Source: the human T2T-CHM13v2.0 reference genome, Homo sapiens
DNA: 64,000 nucleotides
NCBI RefSeq assembly: GCF_009914755.1
Contig: NC_060928.1
Direction: 5' to 3' (one strand)
Numbering within the stretch: position 1 is the first letter of the stretch; every line of letters begins with the position of its first letter. Position numbers and translations under genes: made by a program. Below the pieces are notes generated by a model. It was given only the letters and a program-made list of their open reading frames with translations. It was not told the DNA's origin and made no database searches. This document shows positions 1-18,270 of this stretch, piece by piece.

Positions 1-702
1 GCAGAGATCGGAGTGACGTGTTTGCAAGGAAGACTTGGCCAAGGAACAAAAGGACTGCCCAGCAACCACCAGAGGCGAGGGGAGCCGCACAGACCAGGTT
101 CTCACTCGCAGCCTCCAAAATAAGCCAACACCTTGATTTCAGACCTCTGGTCTCCAGAACCGTGAGAGAGTACATTTCCATGGCTGAAGCCACCAAGTAC
201 ATGGTCATTCGTTATGGTGATCCTAGAGAACAATCCAACCCACCGTGAGCCAGACAGAGACAAACAGGAACCAGTTTCTACCCTCAAGCGGCGTCCCTGA
301 AACGGCAGGTTCACGGACAAGGGCTGTTGTGAGAGTAAATGAGATCATGGCTGTGGAGGCAGACAGCCGGGGCAAGAGAGGGGCTTTTATGACTACTACT
401 GGGGTTCGTGCTGGGCAGAATCAAAGGCCCTGCTCGAGTTGAGTGCGCCCTTTATCCTCCAGGCAGGCTGCTCTCAGAGAGAGAGCGGAGACTCATCTGA
501 CAGGCCTTATTCTCTTTCAAACCATGCAGATAATTAGTCAGACTTCTATTTCCTTCGTGGTTTCTGTGAATGGATTTTGTGGTGATTTTTTTTTTTCCGG
601 GCATTTTGGCAGTGTCGAGGAGAGATGTAAAAGAGCCCATTAACATCAGCATGTGTCACTGGGGACACTGAAAGGCTGAGACCGAGAAAAGAAATATCTT
701 TA

Positions 703-837
<135 letters not shown>

Positions 838-956
838 CTAAAACAGGAGATAAGAAACACCACACAATGAAACCAGGTTCTACCTCCTCGATACAGTCAT
901 TCATCCGGGAATCAATTCTCCTGGGTCAGTCTGTTCTGGGGAGAGTGCCCCATTAG

Positions 957-1298
<342 letters not shown>

Positions 1299-1937
1299 TA
1301 GAAATGCCATTTCTAATGAGCTAGTTGCTTGGTCTTTCCAGAAGAAAATGTGCCCAGTAGGTTTATAGTATTCCACACTTTCCTTAAATTATTTACATAG
1401 ATATTTCTATACTCGATCTGTAGGGTGGCTTTAATACCATTCCTGGAAGGCCACTCAATTTCTTTTGAAAACAAAACAAAAAAGTTAATTGGTAAAGAAA
1501 ATGAACAACATTTAAGAATTATATAGGTAAAATGAGAAAAGAGTGGTTGGGGGTGCTCTAAAAGTGTAAGGCCTTAATTATGATGATGATTAACCAACTA
1601 ATTGTAATATTTGAATTAAACAGACAGATTTCCCCTAGACTTTGAGGAGAATGAGGCCAAAAAACATAAAGGAAACTTTGACTTTCCTCAAAATTTTCTA
1701 GAAACCTTAATACTAGTTAGGCACCATGCTAGGTACAAGGAGGGATGGGGAAGGGACAGAGTGAGAGCAAGATAGTAAAATCATAAAGCTTGGTCCCTGC
1801 CTTTAAGGAGCTGTCATTTTATGAGGGAGATAGATAAATGTTTATAACACCAATGACACTCAGTAGAGATATGTACAAAATAATAAGAGCACCTCCTTAA
1901 TGGTCCATTTGCCCTGTGCCACCCAGGAATCTAAGCC

Positions 1938-2140
<203 letters not shown>

Positions 2141-2172
2141 TAGGCACTACTGCACAGAATTTACAGCAATAG

Positions 2173-2473
<301 letters not shown>

Positions 2474-3429
2474 TTACAGCAATAAACTCTGCCCAGGGGC
2501 ATTCAAGCAGCTTAAGGGCACTGAAGGATGAACAGGAGTCTGCCATTGGTGAAGGTGGGATAGTGCATTCCAGACAGCAGAAACAGCAGGTGTAGTGGTA
2601 GAGGGCGGGTGGGGTAGATGTGAGGACTGAAGAAAGAGTCCATGTTGGAGGGGCCAGAGTGAAGGACGGGACAGAGGCAGCAGAGCCTTGGAGGATAGTG
2701 GTAGCAAGTGAGGTTCGGCCCAAATTGTGAAGAAGATGGGGATTCAAGATTTTAGGAAGGGAGGAGTGGGGCTTTGAGCAGATTTGGATTTTAGAACATG
2801 AGTTCTGGGAGTAGCTGGCCTAGAGAGAACGTGGAGGCAGAAAGATCCATGGCAACGCTCTTGCAAGACTCTAGCAACATTGCAGGGGAACAGCAAGGCT
2901 ATCGGAAAGTCCTTCCAGACTTTCCATAAGGAATATTAGAGAAAGAGATATTTCAAGATTATAAAACTATGCTTAAACTGCGTCTTGCTAAGGTTTATGA
3001 ACTATTCAGAGGAGCTGGTGCAATTGTTTATGTAACATCTACAAGTGGGGAAAGAGTCTAGGCAAGTCATTCCAAGGATCTTGTTCAAGGCATAGGTGTG
3101 GAGAGAAGGGAGGGGACAGAAAGGCTTAAGGCGTAGGACCCACAGGACTTGACAAGGATCGGGTGTGATGATAGGGCAGGATTGTGACTAGGGGTGAGGA
3201 TGGGAGAGCTGGGAGAAGAGACTATGATCAAGGATGACACTTTCATTTCTAGCTTTGGTAAGGTGGGGACAGATTGTAGCATCATTTAGGGGGTAGGAGG
3301 AGTCAAGAATGGAGAGCAAGACTGAGGCCCTTTGTCAATGGTCAACCTCTTGGTCATGACTTGCAACTGAATGTAAACATTCAGGTTCTGAGTGACCGTT
3401 AGTCATCAAAGAGGCAACATACCATACTA

Positions 3430-4038
<609 letters not shown>

Positions 4039-4096
4039 TCACAGAAATAGGTCAGGGCCCAGGCTTCCCTGACCTGTGTTATTCAAAAGAATGACT

Positions 4097-4387
<291 letters not shown>

Positions 4388-4469
4388 TCATACATGTACA
4401 GGCCACCTTAAGCTCTGCAGTGAGGAGTGGTCCACGTACAACATGAAGACTGGCAGTGTATCTTCAACA

Positions 4470-4575
4470 GGGCAAGAGGAAGAGATGGAGGGAGGGAGAA
4501 GTGAAGGAGGAGGGAGTGAGGGAAAGGCAGAAGGAAGGGAGGACAGTAGGGAAGAAAGGAGGAAGGATAGAGAAA
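4470..4575. repeat. GA-rich polypurine low-complexity tract
   Basis: About 100 bp almost entirely G/A on the + strand. Confidence 0.75.
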
Positions 4576-5539
4576 GGCTTCTTTGCTGTGCAGCCCCACC
4601 TTGGTCTGGGCCAGAACAGAAGCCTCTATCCCAGAACTTTTCACCAAGACCCACCTCTAGACCCTGAAATATCAACTCTAAGGAAAGACATACTCATCAT
4701 TTTTTAAAATAATAATTTTAGAAATAGAAGGAGTTAGAGAAACATCACACCTGTGTACTTATCACTCAGCTAAAGAAATAACATGTCACAAATACAGCTG
4801 CAGCCCCTTACAGTCTCTCCCTTCTAGAGATAACCACTGGTCCTCATGCCTTGTTTAGATTGACCTCTTGGATATTCCTAAACAATCGATACTGTTTTGC
4901 GCGTGGCCTTTGTGTTCTTAAAAATTCCCTAGAGGTTGTGATGTACAGCCAGGGCTGAGGAACTGGTTTCATGGGTTCCTGAAGCAGGTGGGAGACACAG
5001 GTCTCATGTGGAAGGTTTGAGGGAGGACAGGGGAAGGAAGGAAACTTGTTGACATTTTTTTGGTTTAAGCAGGCTCAGAAATGGCTCTTAGGATTCTGTT
5101 TCTAGCCTTTTCCACTAGTTCTTTGATACTTTTAGGGGCCCACGAAAATGTGTTAATTTCTTTTAAAATCAGAAAAAAGTATAGTCTGGATGATATTCAT
5201 CTTTCTACCAATGCAGTCATAAAATATAAATTTTTAATATTTTTTAATAAAGGAAGGGCCTAGAAAGGCAAAATTGCTAAGAGCCCACAAAGGGGCGAAT
5301 GTAACCCTGGGGAAGGAAAGGCAGGGGAACTGTACCCACTTGTGCCTTCATGAAGCCACAGAACCAACACCAGCGGCCTCCTGTGTCCTTCTCTTATTTG
5401 AGACATTAAAAGCCTCTTTGTTTAAGCATCTCTAATCTGGCTCTCTGTTACTTGCAGCTAAATGCACGCCCCCCGAGACAGCCTGCCTGTCTGGCTGAGT
5501 GTCCTTTTCTGTCTTCCAAAATTCTTGGCTTCTCAGTTA

Positions 5540-5710
<171 letters not shown>

Positions 5711-6127
5711 CTAAATGATGATTGGAAGAGTTAACCATACAAGGCACGAAAACAGGACACTTAATGTTTTCACACCCTGCCTTATTCCCAGAGATCAAAG
5801 AAGCTTATGAGTGTCATACAACACTGCAAATAAACATAAATTAGACATACACGAGAAGGTCAAAAGAAAACACGTGTTAACGTCACAACACAAAGCCTGA
5901 TATATATAGGGGTGGGGCGGGGCAAATTGTTGTCTTTAAGTTTTCTAGTGTCAAATAAAAAAATGCTCATTACTAACAAAATTCTCAGTGTCACATTCAT
6001 TACTAACAAACTTGTCAGTGTCACATAAGTAAAAAAGCCAACTACATTTTCGGATGCAGGGAAATAGGAAAAGCAGTACAAAATTTCTTCTCAACAGCAT
6101 CCATACATGAGTCAAAATGGTGTGGTT

Positions 6128-6280
6128 GGCCGGGTATGGTGGCTCACGCCTGTAATCCCAGCACTTTAGGAGGCTGAGGCAAGTGGATTGCTTGAGTCCG
6201 GGGGTTCGAGACCAGCCCGAGCAACATAGTGAGATGGTGTCTCTATTTTAAAAACAAATACATAAATAAAATAAAATAAA
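6128..6280 (+). mobile_element. FLAM/Alu left monomer
   Basis: Single arm followed by an (AAAT)-rich tail. Confidence 0.8.
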
Positions 6281-6539
6281 TGATGGGATTCCCAGGGCCT
6301 ATTGCTCCATGGTCCCTCACCACAGCCCACGAGCCTCAGTGCAAAGCAGATCCAGGTGAAGGAACATTCTGGGGACCACATGAGCGGTGCAGTTACATTC
6401 CAGCTGTGTCATCTCGAGCACATTTCCTACATTTCCTAACCTCTCAGTGACTCACTGTGCTACTCACTTGCTCCCTGCCACTCCAGGTACATAGTAAAGG
6501 ATTGGTAGATGACAAGCACTAATATAATTCTCATAGAGG

Positions 6540-6868
<329 letters not shown>

Positions 6869-6959
6869 TTAATTTCTGTGGAAATTGTGCAAGTATCTAG
6901 AGGAGTGAATGAGATAGTCTGTTCCTCTTAGCTGAACTTTAGGTAGACATTGTGTCACT

Positions 6960-8290
6960 CATTCATTCAACAAATATTTCTTGAGATCTACTATGTGCCA
7001 GGCACTGTCCTCAGAGCTGGGGAGATAAAAGGGAGAATTCCTACACACCAGGATCTGACATTTGAGTGAAAAAGACAGGCAGCAGTCAAAGTCCATGGGC
7101 TAACAAGACAGCAAACACTAGGTTGGATGGAGAAATAATAAAGCTGGGAGGGTGCTCTGCAGTGTTGGGGAAGGGCTGAAATGTTAGACAACTTGGCCAG
7201 AGAAGTGCTCCAGAAAGTGACTTTAGAGTAAAATCCTGTAATAAGTGAGGGAGTTCACCAAGGAGATATCTGTGTGTGAGGTTTCCAGGACCTGCAAAGG
7301 CCCTGGCTGGAATGTTCTAAGGACAGAGAGGAGCTGCCATGGCTAGACTAGATGAGGTTTGAGGAGCACCATCTGAGGCCTCAAGCATCAAGGTAAGACT
7401 AACCAGTGAGGAGTGACGTGGTTGCAATTATATTTGGATAAGCTGGCTACTGTTTTTCTGGGGTTTTTTTTTGTTGTTTTTTTTTTCTGAGACAGGGTCT
7501 CGCTCTGTCACCCAGACTGGATGGAGTACAATAGCACAATCATGGCTCACTGCAGCCTTGACCACCCGGGCTCAAGCAATCCTCCTACCTCAGCCTCTGA
7601 AGTAGCTGAGACTACAGGTGCATGCCACCATGCCCAGCTAATTTAAAAAAAATTTTTTTTAGAGATGGGGTCTTGCTATGTAGCCCAGGCTGGTCTCAAA
7701 CTCCTAAACTCCAGCGATCCTCCCACTTTCACCTCTCAAAGTGCTAGGATTACATGCATGAGCCACCATGCCCAGCTTCACTACGGCTTCCTTCTTGAGT
7801 ACAGACTGATGTGGGTGGAGGCATTGGGTGAGAGCAGTGGCAGGCAGGCCTGGGAGGAGGCTGTGGTGGTAACTGAGGTAAGAGTGATGGTGGCTGGGCC
7901 TGTGGCGGCAGTGCAGCTGGGAGGAGGGGTAGAACTTGGGATATATGTGGAATGTTGAGTGACAGGACTCACTGAAAGGAGAGGTCAGGATGACACCAGG
8001 AGAGAATGGTGCCGCCATGAACTGAGGTGGGGAAGACAGGAGTGGATTCAGGGACCATCTGAGGAGCTTGTCTGCATGTGTCAAGCTTGATACATCTGTT
8101 AGATGTCTACTTAGATAGATAGAGGGTCTGGAATTCAGGGGAGGGTTCTGGGTTGGAGTATGCATTTGAGAACCATCAACATACAGAATGTATAGAGGCA
8201 TGCATTTGAATGAGAAAAGCTAGGGAGAGAACATTAAGGAAAATATAAGACATTAAAGAACCAAGCCCTCGGACACTCCAAAATTTCCTG
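6960..8290 (-). mobile_element. L2 fragments interrupted by an AluJ
   Basis: L2 3' end motif cattcattcaacaaatattt...actatgtgccaggcactg followed by degenerate purine-rich L2 body. Confidence 0.6.
7464..7776 (-). mobile_element. AluJ
   Basis: Divergent dimer with J-type positions (ctcaagcaatcctcc, ttgctatgt). Confidence 0.85.
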
Positions 8291-8837
8291 TGAATTAGAG
8301 GTTACAATATCCAGCAGGTATTTGTAGAGCAGCTCTCCTAGGCTGTCAGTTGATTATAGACCTGTAGATCTAATGGACATGATAACAGTAGCTGACATTT
8401 GCTGAGTACATGCCATTTGCTGGCACTTTACACAGATCATCTCTCTGGTCTTTGTGAAAGCAGTATGACTTAGGTACTACCACTAAGCCTTATTGTAAAG
8501 ATAAAGAAATGAAACTTAAAGAGCTTAAACGCCTTGCCCAGGGTCAAGATTTGAACTCAGGAAAGCCTGATTGGTTGACTGTGCTTCTTCCCTGGCTTCT
8601 TAAGGAAAATTTAGTTCCTAGTACAGAAAAATGCTTGACTGTGTGAGTACAGAGGTTGTCATGTATCGGACAACAGCATCACTAGGCTGAGCAGAGAAGA
8701 CTTGTAGGAAAACCCATGTTTAAGCTAGACTGGAAGGATCATTAAGAACCGGACGGGACCAGGCAGGTAAATGTGGGAGCAGGGAGAAAGTACTCTTCAT
8801 CAAGATAAAGAACATGGAATGAAAGATGAACTAAAAG

Positions 8838-9175
8838 GCTGGAACCATCGAGTGTGCTCACGCCTATAATCCCAACACTTTGGGAGAATGAGGCAGGAGA
8901 ATTGTTTGAAGCCAGGAGTTTGAGACTAGCCTTGGCAACACAGTGAGACGCTATCTCTACGAAATTTTTAAAAAATTAGCTGGGCTTGTTGGCATGTACC
9001 TGTAGTCTTAGCTACTCAGGGGGCCGAGGCAGGAGGATCACTTTAGCCCAGGAGTTCGAGGCTGCAGTGAGCCATGATCGCATCACTGTATTCCAGCCTG
9101 CATGTCAAAGCAAGACCTTGTCTCTAAATGAATGAATGAATGAATGAATGAATAAATAAATAAATAAATAAATAG
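8838..9175 (+). mobile_element. AluJ with (AATG)n(AAAT)n tail
   Basis: Divergent dimer; tail has become a compound tetranucleotide repeat. Confidence 0.85.
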
Positions 9176-10949
9176 TAAAAGGGTGGAGGGCAGAGTTGGA
9201 CAGGGGAGAGGTGTGGGATGAGGTAGAAGAGAGCAATCAGGAGTGTGCCTCTGTAGGGTCTTAAGAACCATGTTAAGGAATTGGAACTATTTAATACATT
9301 ATAACGATGATAGGGAGTGATTGGAGAGTTTGAAACCAAGGTTGAATTTCCAGAAGTTTCCACTGCAATGAAGATTAGATTACATGAAGTGGGGAGACTG
9401 GAGGCAGGGAAATCATCACACAGTCCATCATGAAATGGAGGTTGACTGGATCAGCATGGTACCACTGAGGAGACAGGGAAGTGGAGGAATTCCACAGTCA
9501 TTGAAGAAGCAGAATTAATACATTTGATGGATGACTGAATGTGAGGGGTGAGAAAGGGATCATGTTTGACTCCTGAGTTTCCAAGTTGAACATCTGAAAA
9601 GATACTGCTGCTGATCACCTGCATGATACCTTTATACTTCCTATGGGGCCAAGCCCAGCCTAGGCCAGTGACTCTGGGGAGGCCCTTAGCATTTTTCCTG
9701 GGGTCAGTCACTTAAAAGAGAAGAAAAAAAAAACCTGGATATTTAGCATGTGTATAGTCTCTGTTCAGTAAATCTATGATCCCCTTTTGCAGGGCTTGTT
9801 GTTTCTGAGAGCTCATTTTCTAAACACAGTATGTAAATTCTCCTTTGGTTTCAAACAAGTTCAGGTAACTTAAGCAATCATCAGCAGCAAGGCCATCCCT
9901 TCAACAAAAATTCATTATCTTTACTTCATTAATTAGCTTCTCATCCATAGAAGCTTTTATTGAACAGAAGTTTTGTTTAACATGCTTTAATAAAGAAGAC
10001 ACTCACTAACATTGCCAAGATGTGTTCACTGTAACAGCACAGTGACAATCACCTGTGATAATAATTTTTAGCATAAAGGAATGGCTATTTCTAATTTTAC
10101 GTAGCTTAACTTCGCAGTCTACAAGTGATTAATCATAGCTTCAGCTGTAACCTTGACAAATGAACCTAATGTGAAAAAAAATTCTCCCTCAGATGGAAAT
10201 AGTCAATTTCAGCAGTAATTTTTGGCATTACTAAGCTTCATGTTGGGTGCAAAATAATGTGGTTTGCTTTCAGAAAACAAACAGTTCTGGGTCACTGGAG
10301 AACACAGATTTGAAAGAAGCATGCCCAGTCCAGCTCAGCCCAAAGTGACCTTGAAGATTTCAACAGGAAAATTCCCTTAACTCAGGTAAAGAGAAAAAAA
10401 AAAACAAACAAAAAAACAATAACAAAGACAAGGATATTGAGAAAAAAGGAGACTAATGCTCTCAGATATTTAAACTGCTTCATCCCAAACCTGGAAGACT
10501 GTTTCATGGGCCATTAATTTATAGAATTCACAGAGCATTTTCATAAACTCTATTCTCACTGAACTTTCAGATACCCAGGAAAACAGGTTTTATGGCACCC
10601 ATTTTACACAGAGGAAATCCCACTGCTGATAAGACGTAGATACAGGACTCACACTCATTTTCTGTTTCTTTGTCCAGATTGTCTACAATTACAGGTAATT
10701 AAGGAAAAGAGATGTAAAAGTGCCACTGTAAGGGAACAACAACTGAGCAATCACAGAAAATTACCATGTAGAGATTTCAGTTGGCGTATTACGAGAAAAC
10801 TTGTTAACTTTTTTCAAAAAGAAAAGTTAATTATTTGGTATATATTTAAAGTTCATGATGCAGCTGAAAGAATCAACCAGTACAAGGCCTTAAATAATCA
10901 CTCAGAACCAGTCATTAGCAATAATACCAACACTGATACTAATCAATAC

Positions 10950-13320
10950 ATGGGAGACCCCATGAAGTGTCCCAACTCAGTAGTAGGGCTTAACTAGAGT
11001 TAGAGAAAATTCTACTCTAGACTCATCCTAACCAAGCTTAAAAATAAATCTGGAAAATTGAAAATGTTATGTTATGTATAATTTATCATAATAAAAATGT
11101 CTCACACAATGAAGCTGGTTCACAAGTAATTTAACTGCCTGTCAAAACAAAATTCAGCAAAGAGGACAATAAAAACTAGATGTTCAACAACTTAACATTC
11201 TCAATGTCCAGCATTCAATAAAAAATTACTAAATAGGCAAAGAAGCAGAAAAATGTGTCTCATAAAGAGCAGAATAAAAAAGACCCAAAAGTGACAGAGA
11301 TGACAATGTTAAAGGAACATTTATAAATGTATTCAATAATTTAAAGGAAAACATGAAAATAATGAGGAGGGAGAAGGAAACTGTAAAGAAGAACAGAATG
11401 GAATTTCTAAGGCTAAAAATTATAATATCTAAAGTGAAAAATGTACTGAATGGGTTTTTAAAAAGATTAGATGGTACAGAAAGAAAGATGAGTAAACTTG
11501 AAGATACAGCAAGAGAAACAGAGAGACAAGGAATCTGAAAACGAAGAGAACCTCAATGACTTGTGGGACAATATTAGAAGAGAAGCAAGAGCAGGAAAAG
11601 AAATGGAAGAAATAATGGCCATAAAATTTCCAAATTTCATGAAAACTGTAAACTCATAGATTCAATGAGCCTATAACAAAAACACAAAGAAAATCACATC
11701 ATGGCATTTCATAATCAAATTGTTGAAAACTAGTGATAAAGAGAAAATCTTGAAAGCAGCCGATAAGAAGAAATATACTATGCACAAGGAAAAGAAGATA
11801 AATGTGGCTGTTAACTTTTCATTAGAATAAAATGCAAACCAAAAGATACTGAATGACATCTTTAAAGTGTTGAAAGAAAAAACAACTGTCAACCTAGAAT
11901 TCTATATCCAGTAAAAATATCCAACAAAAATGAAGGCAAAATAGAGAAAGAAAATATGTTGTGAGTAGGAGTTGACACACGCTACAAGAAATGTTACAGG
12001 AAGTTCTTTAGGCTAAAGAAAAATAATACTATACAGGCACTTGAAGCCACCAAAGGAATGAAGACTGCAGAAATGGCAAACAAATGGGAAAATGACCCTT
12101 TTTTCTCATTAACTTTTTTTTCTCTAAAATATGGTTGTCCGTTTAAGCAGGTATAAAAGCAATGTACTGTGGGATTTACAGCGCGTGTAAAATAAAATAC
12201 AATATATAACAACTATTGTACAAAGAACACAAAGGGTGAAATGAAAATGTATTATCATGAGGTTTGTATGTGTGAAGTAATGTATTTCAAGACAGACCAA
12301 TAAATTTAAAGGTGCATATTCCAAATCCTACAGTAACCACTAGCTCTCCACTTTGCCAAAAGAGAGCATACCTAGTAAGTCAAAGGTGGAGCTAGAAAAT
12401 GGAATACCCCCAAAATACTCAATGTATCCAAATTAAACGGGAAAAGGGGGTGGGGAACAGATGTGACAAGTAGGAAAAACAAGATGGTACACTTAATGAT
12501 AATTACATTAAATGTGAATGGTCTGAATGTCCCCTAAAAGGCGGAGATTGTCAATCTGTATAAAAAAGGATCCAAGTATACCACAAAAGCACTTTTAATA
12601 GAAAGACACAGGTTAAAGTAAAAGGACAGATTAAAATAGACCAAGATACACTAACCGTAAACATGCTGGAATATACATATATTATCAGACAAAGCAGACT
12701 TCAGGACAAAAAATATTTCATAAATAATAAGAGTCAATTCATCAAGAAGACACAAGAATCCTAAATGTATATGCACAAATAAAAAGGTTTCAATTTACAT
12801 GAAACAAAAACTGAGAACCAAAAGGAGAAATAGACAAATCTACAATTTTAATTTGAGATTTCAATCTTCCTCTCTCAGTGATCAACAGAACGAGCAGAGA
12901 AAAATCAGTAAGGACATAATAGACTTGAACAATACTATCAACAAACTTGACCTAATTAGCTTTTATAGAACACTCCACCCAACAGCAGCAGATTCAGATT
13001 CTTTTCAAGTACACATGAACCATTCATCTAGACAGACCACGTTTGGGCCAAAAACAAGCTGAAAAAATTTCAAAGGAATGAAATGACTGAATCTATTATC
13101 TAACCACAGGGGAACCAAATTAGAAATCAATAATAAAATGATATCTAGAAATGTCCCAAATAGTTGGACATTGAACAATATACTTCTAAATAACCAGGGG
13201 TATTTTGGGAATTGATAGAAATATGAAAAAAAAATCTGAGATTTTGGTGGTAGTAGCAAATAAAGAAAAAAATTTGAGAAAATATCATTAATATTTGTTA
13301 TTTAAAATTAGAAAACAGAG
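10950..13320 (+). mobile_element. Old L1M-family fragment (ORF1 and ORF2 endonuclease remnants)
   Basis: A-rich; degenerate translations such as DLNNTINKLDLISFYRTLHPT resemble L1 ORF2 endonuclease, and aacctagaattctatatccag resembles the ORF1 PRI-YP motif. Confidence 0.8.
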
Positions 13321-14044
13321 GCCATAATGACATATGTCGAGGTGACATATTTAAGATTTGACAGTGAGACTGCTCTCCCCAGGCACAGTGCTTATTACAC
13401 ACTGACTTGACTCTGGTTGTTTGACTAGATCTTGTCCTCCCTACCAGACTGTTTGTTCCCTGAAGACATGGCTGATTCCTGTGTTCCTGCATTGCTCGAA
13501 ACATAAATATGCATTCAGTCAATGGTAAATAAACAGTAGATGAATAACGGCAGAGCGAGGACCCGAATGTTATAATCTACGGCCCAGGGCAATGTATATT
13601 CTTTTATACACATAGACTGGTAGAGAGCAAGAATTACTGGCTATGGAGTCAGACAAGCCTGATTCATATCCAACTTTAGTTGTGTTCTACTCAAGTTACT
13701 TAATTTCCCAAGTTCCTTGTCTATGAAGTGGAAAAACAACAACAGAGCTGAGGTCAGGATCTGAATGCTGAGTGGAGAGTTGTCATTCATTTTGGCTGCC
13801 AAAGATCTAGCCTCCCTTCCATTTGGATGTTTGAGAACCCTCCATCTGATGGATCAGAGCCCTCCTCTTATTATAGACCTGGAAAACACCAGACTGCCTG
13901 CAGCTTGAGCATGGGCACATGACTGAAGCTTCCCAGTCAGGCGCACCTATCCTGGATTGCAAATCACAGGCCATGATGTGGACAGTGGGAAGCACACAGA
14001 ACTTGGCACCTGCAGTATCCAGGGGCAGCAGGGCCAGCTGTTCT

Positions 14045-14318
14045 AGAGCTGTACTGACCAACCGAACTTTCTGTGATGATGGAATGTTCCACAGTGTGAC
14101 GTAGCTAATGTGCAGAAATCACATTTCTGTGTGATTTCTCAGACACTATGCTCAGACCTGTGCTGGCCAGTAGGGTAGCCACTGGCCATATATGACTAGG
14201 GAGCACTTGAAATGTGGCTAGTGCCACTGAGGAACTGAAATTTAAATTTTATTTGATTGTAATTAATTCAAATTTAAGTAACCACACATGTCTAGTGGCT
14301 TCCGTATTAGATAGCTCG
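14045..14318. mobile_element. MER3-like hAT-Charlie MITE
   Basis: aactttctgtgatgatggaatgttc...agcacttgaaatgtggctagt...gaggaactgaa signature. Confidence 0.7.
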
Positions 14319-15493
14319 GTCAGTTCTCCAGGCAATGCGCAGGGCCCAGTGTGGGTGGTGCTGGCTGTGTAAGCTGCAGGTCCAGGTTCAGAGGTGGCAG
14401 CATAGGTGTTCTAATTTGTTTTGCAATAGATTTGGGACATTATTCCTGGCTGGGTAGCTGCCAAGCCCAGTTCCTTGGTCTTCCATTACGCTTGTTAAAT
14501 TCCTTTTCTGCCTAAACGCCCAGTTTGGTTTGTGATTCTTGTCACCAAGAATCCTAAGTGATACAAATGAGAATTGCAGAAGTGATTAGCACAGCTCAGG
14601 AGGTGCTGAATACATCATCTGCACCCCTTCCCCAGGAGTCAGTGTATGCAAATGCTAATTATAGGATGTGTACTGTGCTGTCCATCAAGATTCGGTGACA
14701 GTATCATCTAATCTGGGGTCAAGGAAGGCATCAAGGCCTACAGGTCAGCTCCAGCCCACCTCCTATAGTGTTTTCTTTAGGGTAGGGTAGCACTTAGGAT
14801 ACACAGTATACCTGCAGACAAGGGCTCAAAGAAATAGTGCACTCCTAACTCTACAGGGGAAAATGATATCTATTTTTAGTCCATAAACCCTAGATTGGAG
14901 GCCTCTTTAAGGTTTCACCTTTCCCAATCTGCATGGCCTAATTTAAATTCTCAGTTCTTGGAAACGAACAAAATGTAAAACCAAAAAAACAAGTAAGTGC
15001 AACTTATTGTGACATGATTCATATCCCAGGTGGACTCATGCCCCCTATTAAGGCTGAAGTGAGATTTACACATTCAGGGTCAGGTGTGGCTGACAGGTTA
15101 CCAGGGCAACCTGTAGTTCTGCGAGAGCATGCTGCGGTCCCTCCTGCTGCTTGTGGCCGGGGATGGAAAGAGTGTCCATCTGTTTGTCTGAGGATTAGAT
15201 TTGTGCAACCAGTTGCAGCTCATGTGGAGAAAAAATGCTTTCAATACAGCTGCCTACCCAGTGTGAAGGTGGGGAAGCCACGGGCTCTGGAGTCAGGATA
15301 TCAGATTTGAATTGCAGCTCCACCACTTAGCTGTGTGTGTTGATATATAACATCTTTGAGCTTCAGCTTCCTCAACTCTAAATGGGGATATGAACATTTT
15401 GTAATATTGTTGGAAAGACTAAATGTGTTCTAAAGTATGAGGTACTTTATAAAGTATAGTGGTCATGAAATAATATTATCACACATTATGTTA

Positions 15494-15870
<377 letters not shown>

Positions 15871-15958
15871 CTAAGGGTTTATATATACTATAATACCATA
15901 TTTAATTTACATAATAAGCCCTTGAAGTATTTAGCCCTATTTTAGAAATCAGGCTTTA

Positions 15959-16300
<342 letters not shown>

Positions 16301-17209
16301 CTACAGTCACACAGCTTGTGTCAGGGTTAAGACTTAGATCCAAGACTAGTCTTGATCTTTCACCAGTTCATTTAACACATAATCTTGAGTATTTACTACT
16401 CGTAACCCCCACACAACAGTGCATGCCCCAGTGATACAGGATTATCTTTCAGTGGACACTCAAAGCTGGTACTGCAGAATCTTGGGCTATAAAGAGGCCT
16501 CCTTGTAATTAAACAAAGCATTCCACCTACATTCACAATGATATTGCTTCATACTTCCTTCTTTTCTGAAATCTTCACATATGTTACTTACTTATTCCAG
16601 CAAACACAAGAGACGAGGCTTTGCATGCCTTGCCAGCAGAAAGCCACCCTGTTTGGAGGGAGAGTGGAACAGCACACAGAGACAGAAATTTCCCTCACTT
16701 TGGCATGCTGCTGATTAATCACCTGTATCGACCTGCTGCCCACGTGTCCTAGGCACTAGGATACGCCTTGTGTCTTCACGTGGTTCCTCATTAAATCCTT
16801 GCAGCTACTCTACAAGGTGCTATTATTATCATCCTCCATTTTACAAATTAGGATCCTGAGGCATGTGGAATTTCCCTCTGTGGGGGCCCAGGTTAAATCA
16901 CTTGAAGTGTGGTGATAGAGTGGGGAATTGGATCCAGGAACTCCTCCAGGCATGAATTTTTGGTTAATGGTATTTCTCTGTGTGTTTTTGCAGAGTAAGT
17001 AGAGTTGAATTTCCCTAAGTTCACCACTCGTGACACAATTCCACCCCATGTCAATGACTCCAGGCCTATAGGGGTGTCCCCCATCTCCTCCAAAAGACCC
17101 TGAACTCCCTTTGGAGAAGGCATAGGGAGCTGTGCTATCTATCATAACTGTATGTTTCATCTGTGTGTATTCAGAGAATAAGCTTACATTTGTACAGAGC
17201 AGGAGCTCA

Positions 17210-17515
<306 letters not shown>

Positions 17516-17991
17516 CTATAAAAAGAAAAAGGACCTTGTAAAACCACTGGGGAGGGGTGAGGAGCAAGGAATCACCATTTCCCTTTCATACAACTTTTAC
17601 AACGTTTATACACTGTTTTTACAGCATGTAGCACAAGGTGCAATCAATTTTACAAGACTATATATTTGATGTTAGTAAAAGTCTCCACCACTGGAAAAGG
17701 GCTTTTTGCAATGGTGTATCTATTATCATGAGATCAGATACTTCAGCCCATACTATGGTAGATTTTAAATAATGCTTTGCTTGTTTTGACTGGGAACATG
17801 CAATGAGATCCTAAGCCAGTTTCCAGTTTCCCAGAAGCCGATGATATAGCGTTGGGAGGATTCTGCTACAGTCTCAGTCTCCTGGTTTCCAGTAGCATGG
17901 AGTAGGCAGTAAGTTGGCTGGAATTCTACTCCAGGAACTACAGGGTCTTCTGATTCCAAGTGGATCCACTATGCTTGGGGACTGGCCTCTA

Positions 17992-18270
<279 letters not shown>

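Noticed and set aside
5969-6028. 30-bp tandem duplication with two TACTAAC motifs near a coding exon
   Set aside because: The branch-point/QKI-like motif is on the + strand, opposite to the FAM184B pre-mRNA.
14114-14140. Small hairpin agaaatcaca...tgtgatttct
   Set aside because: Only a 10-bp stem inside a MITE remnant; no further support.
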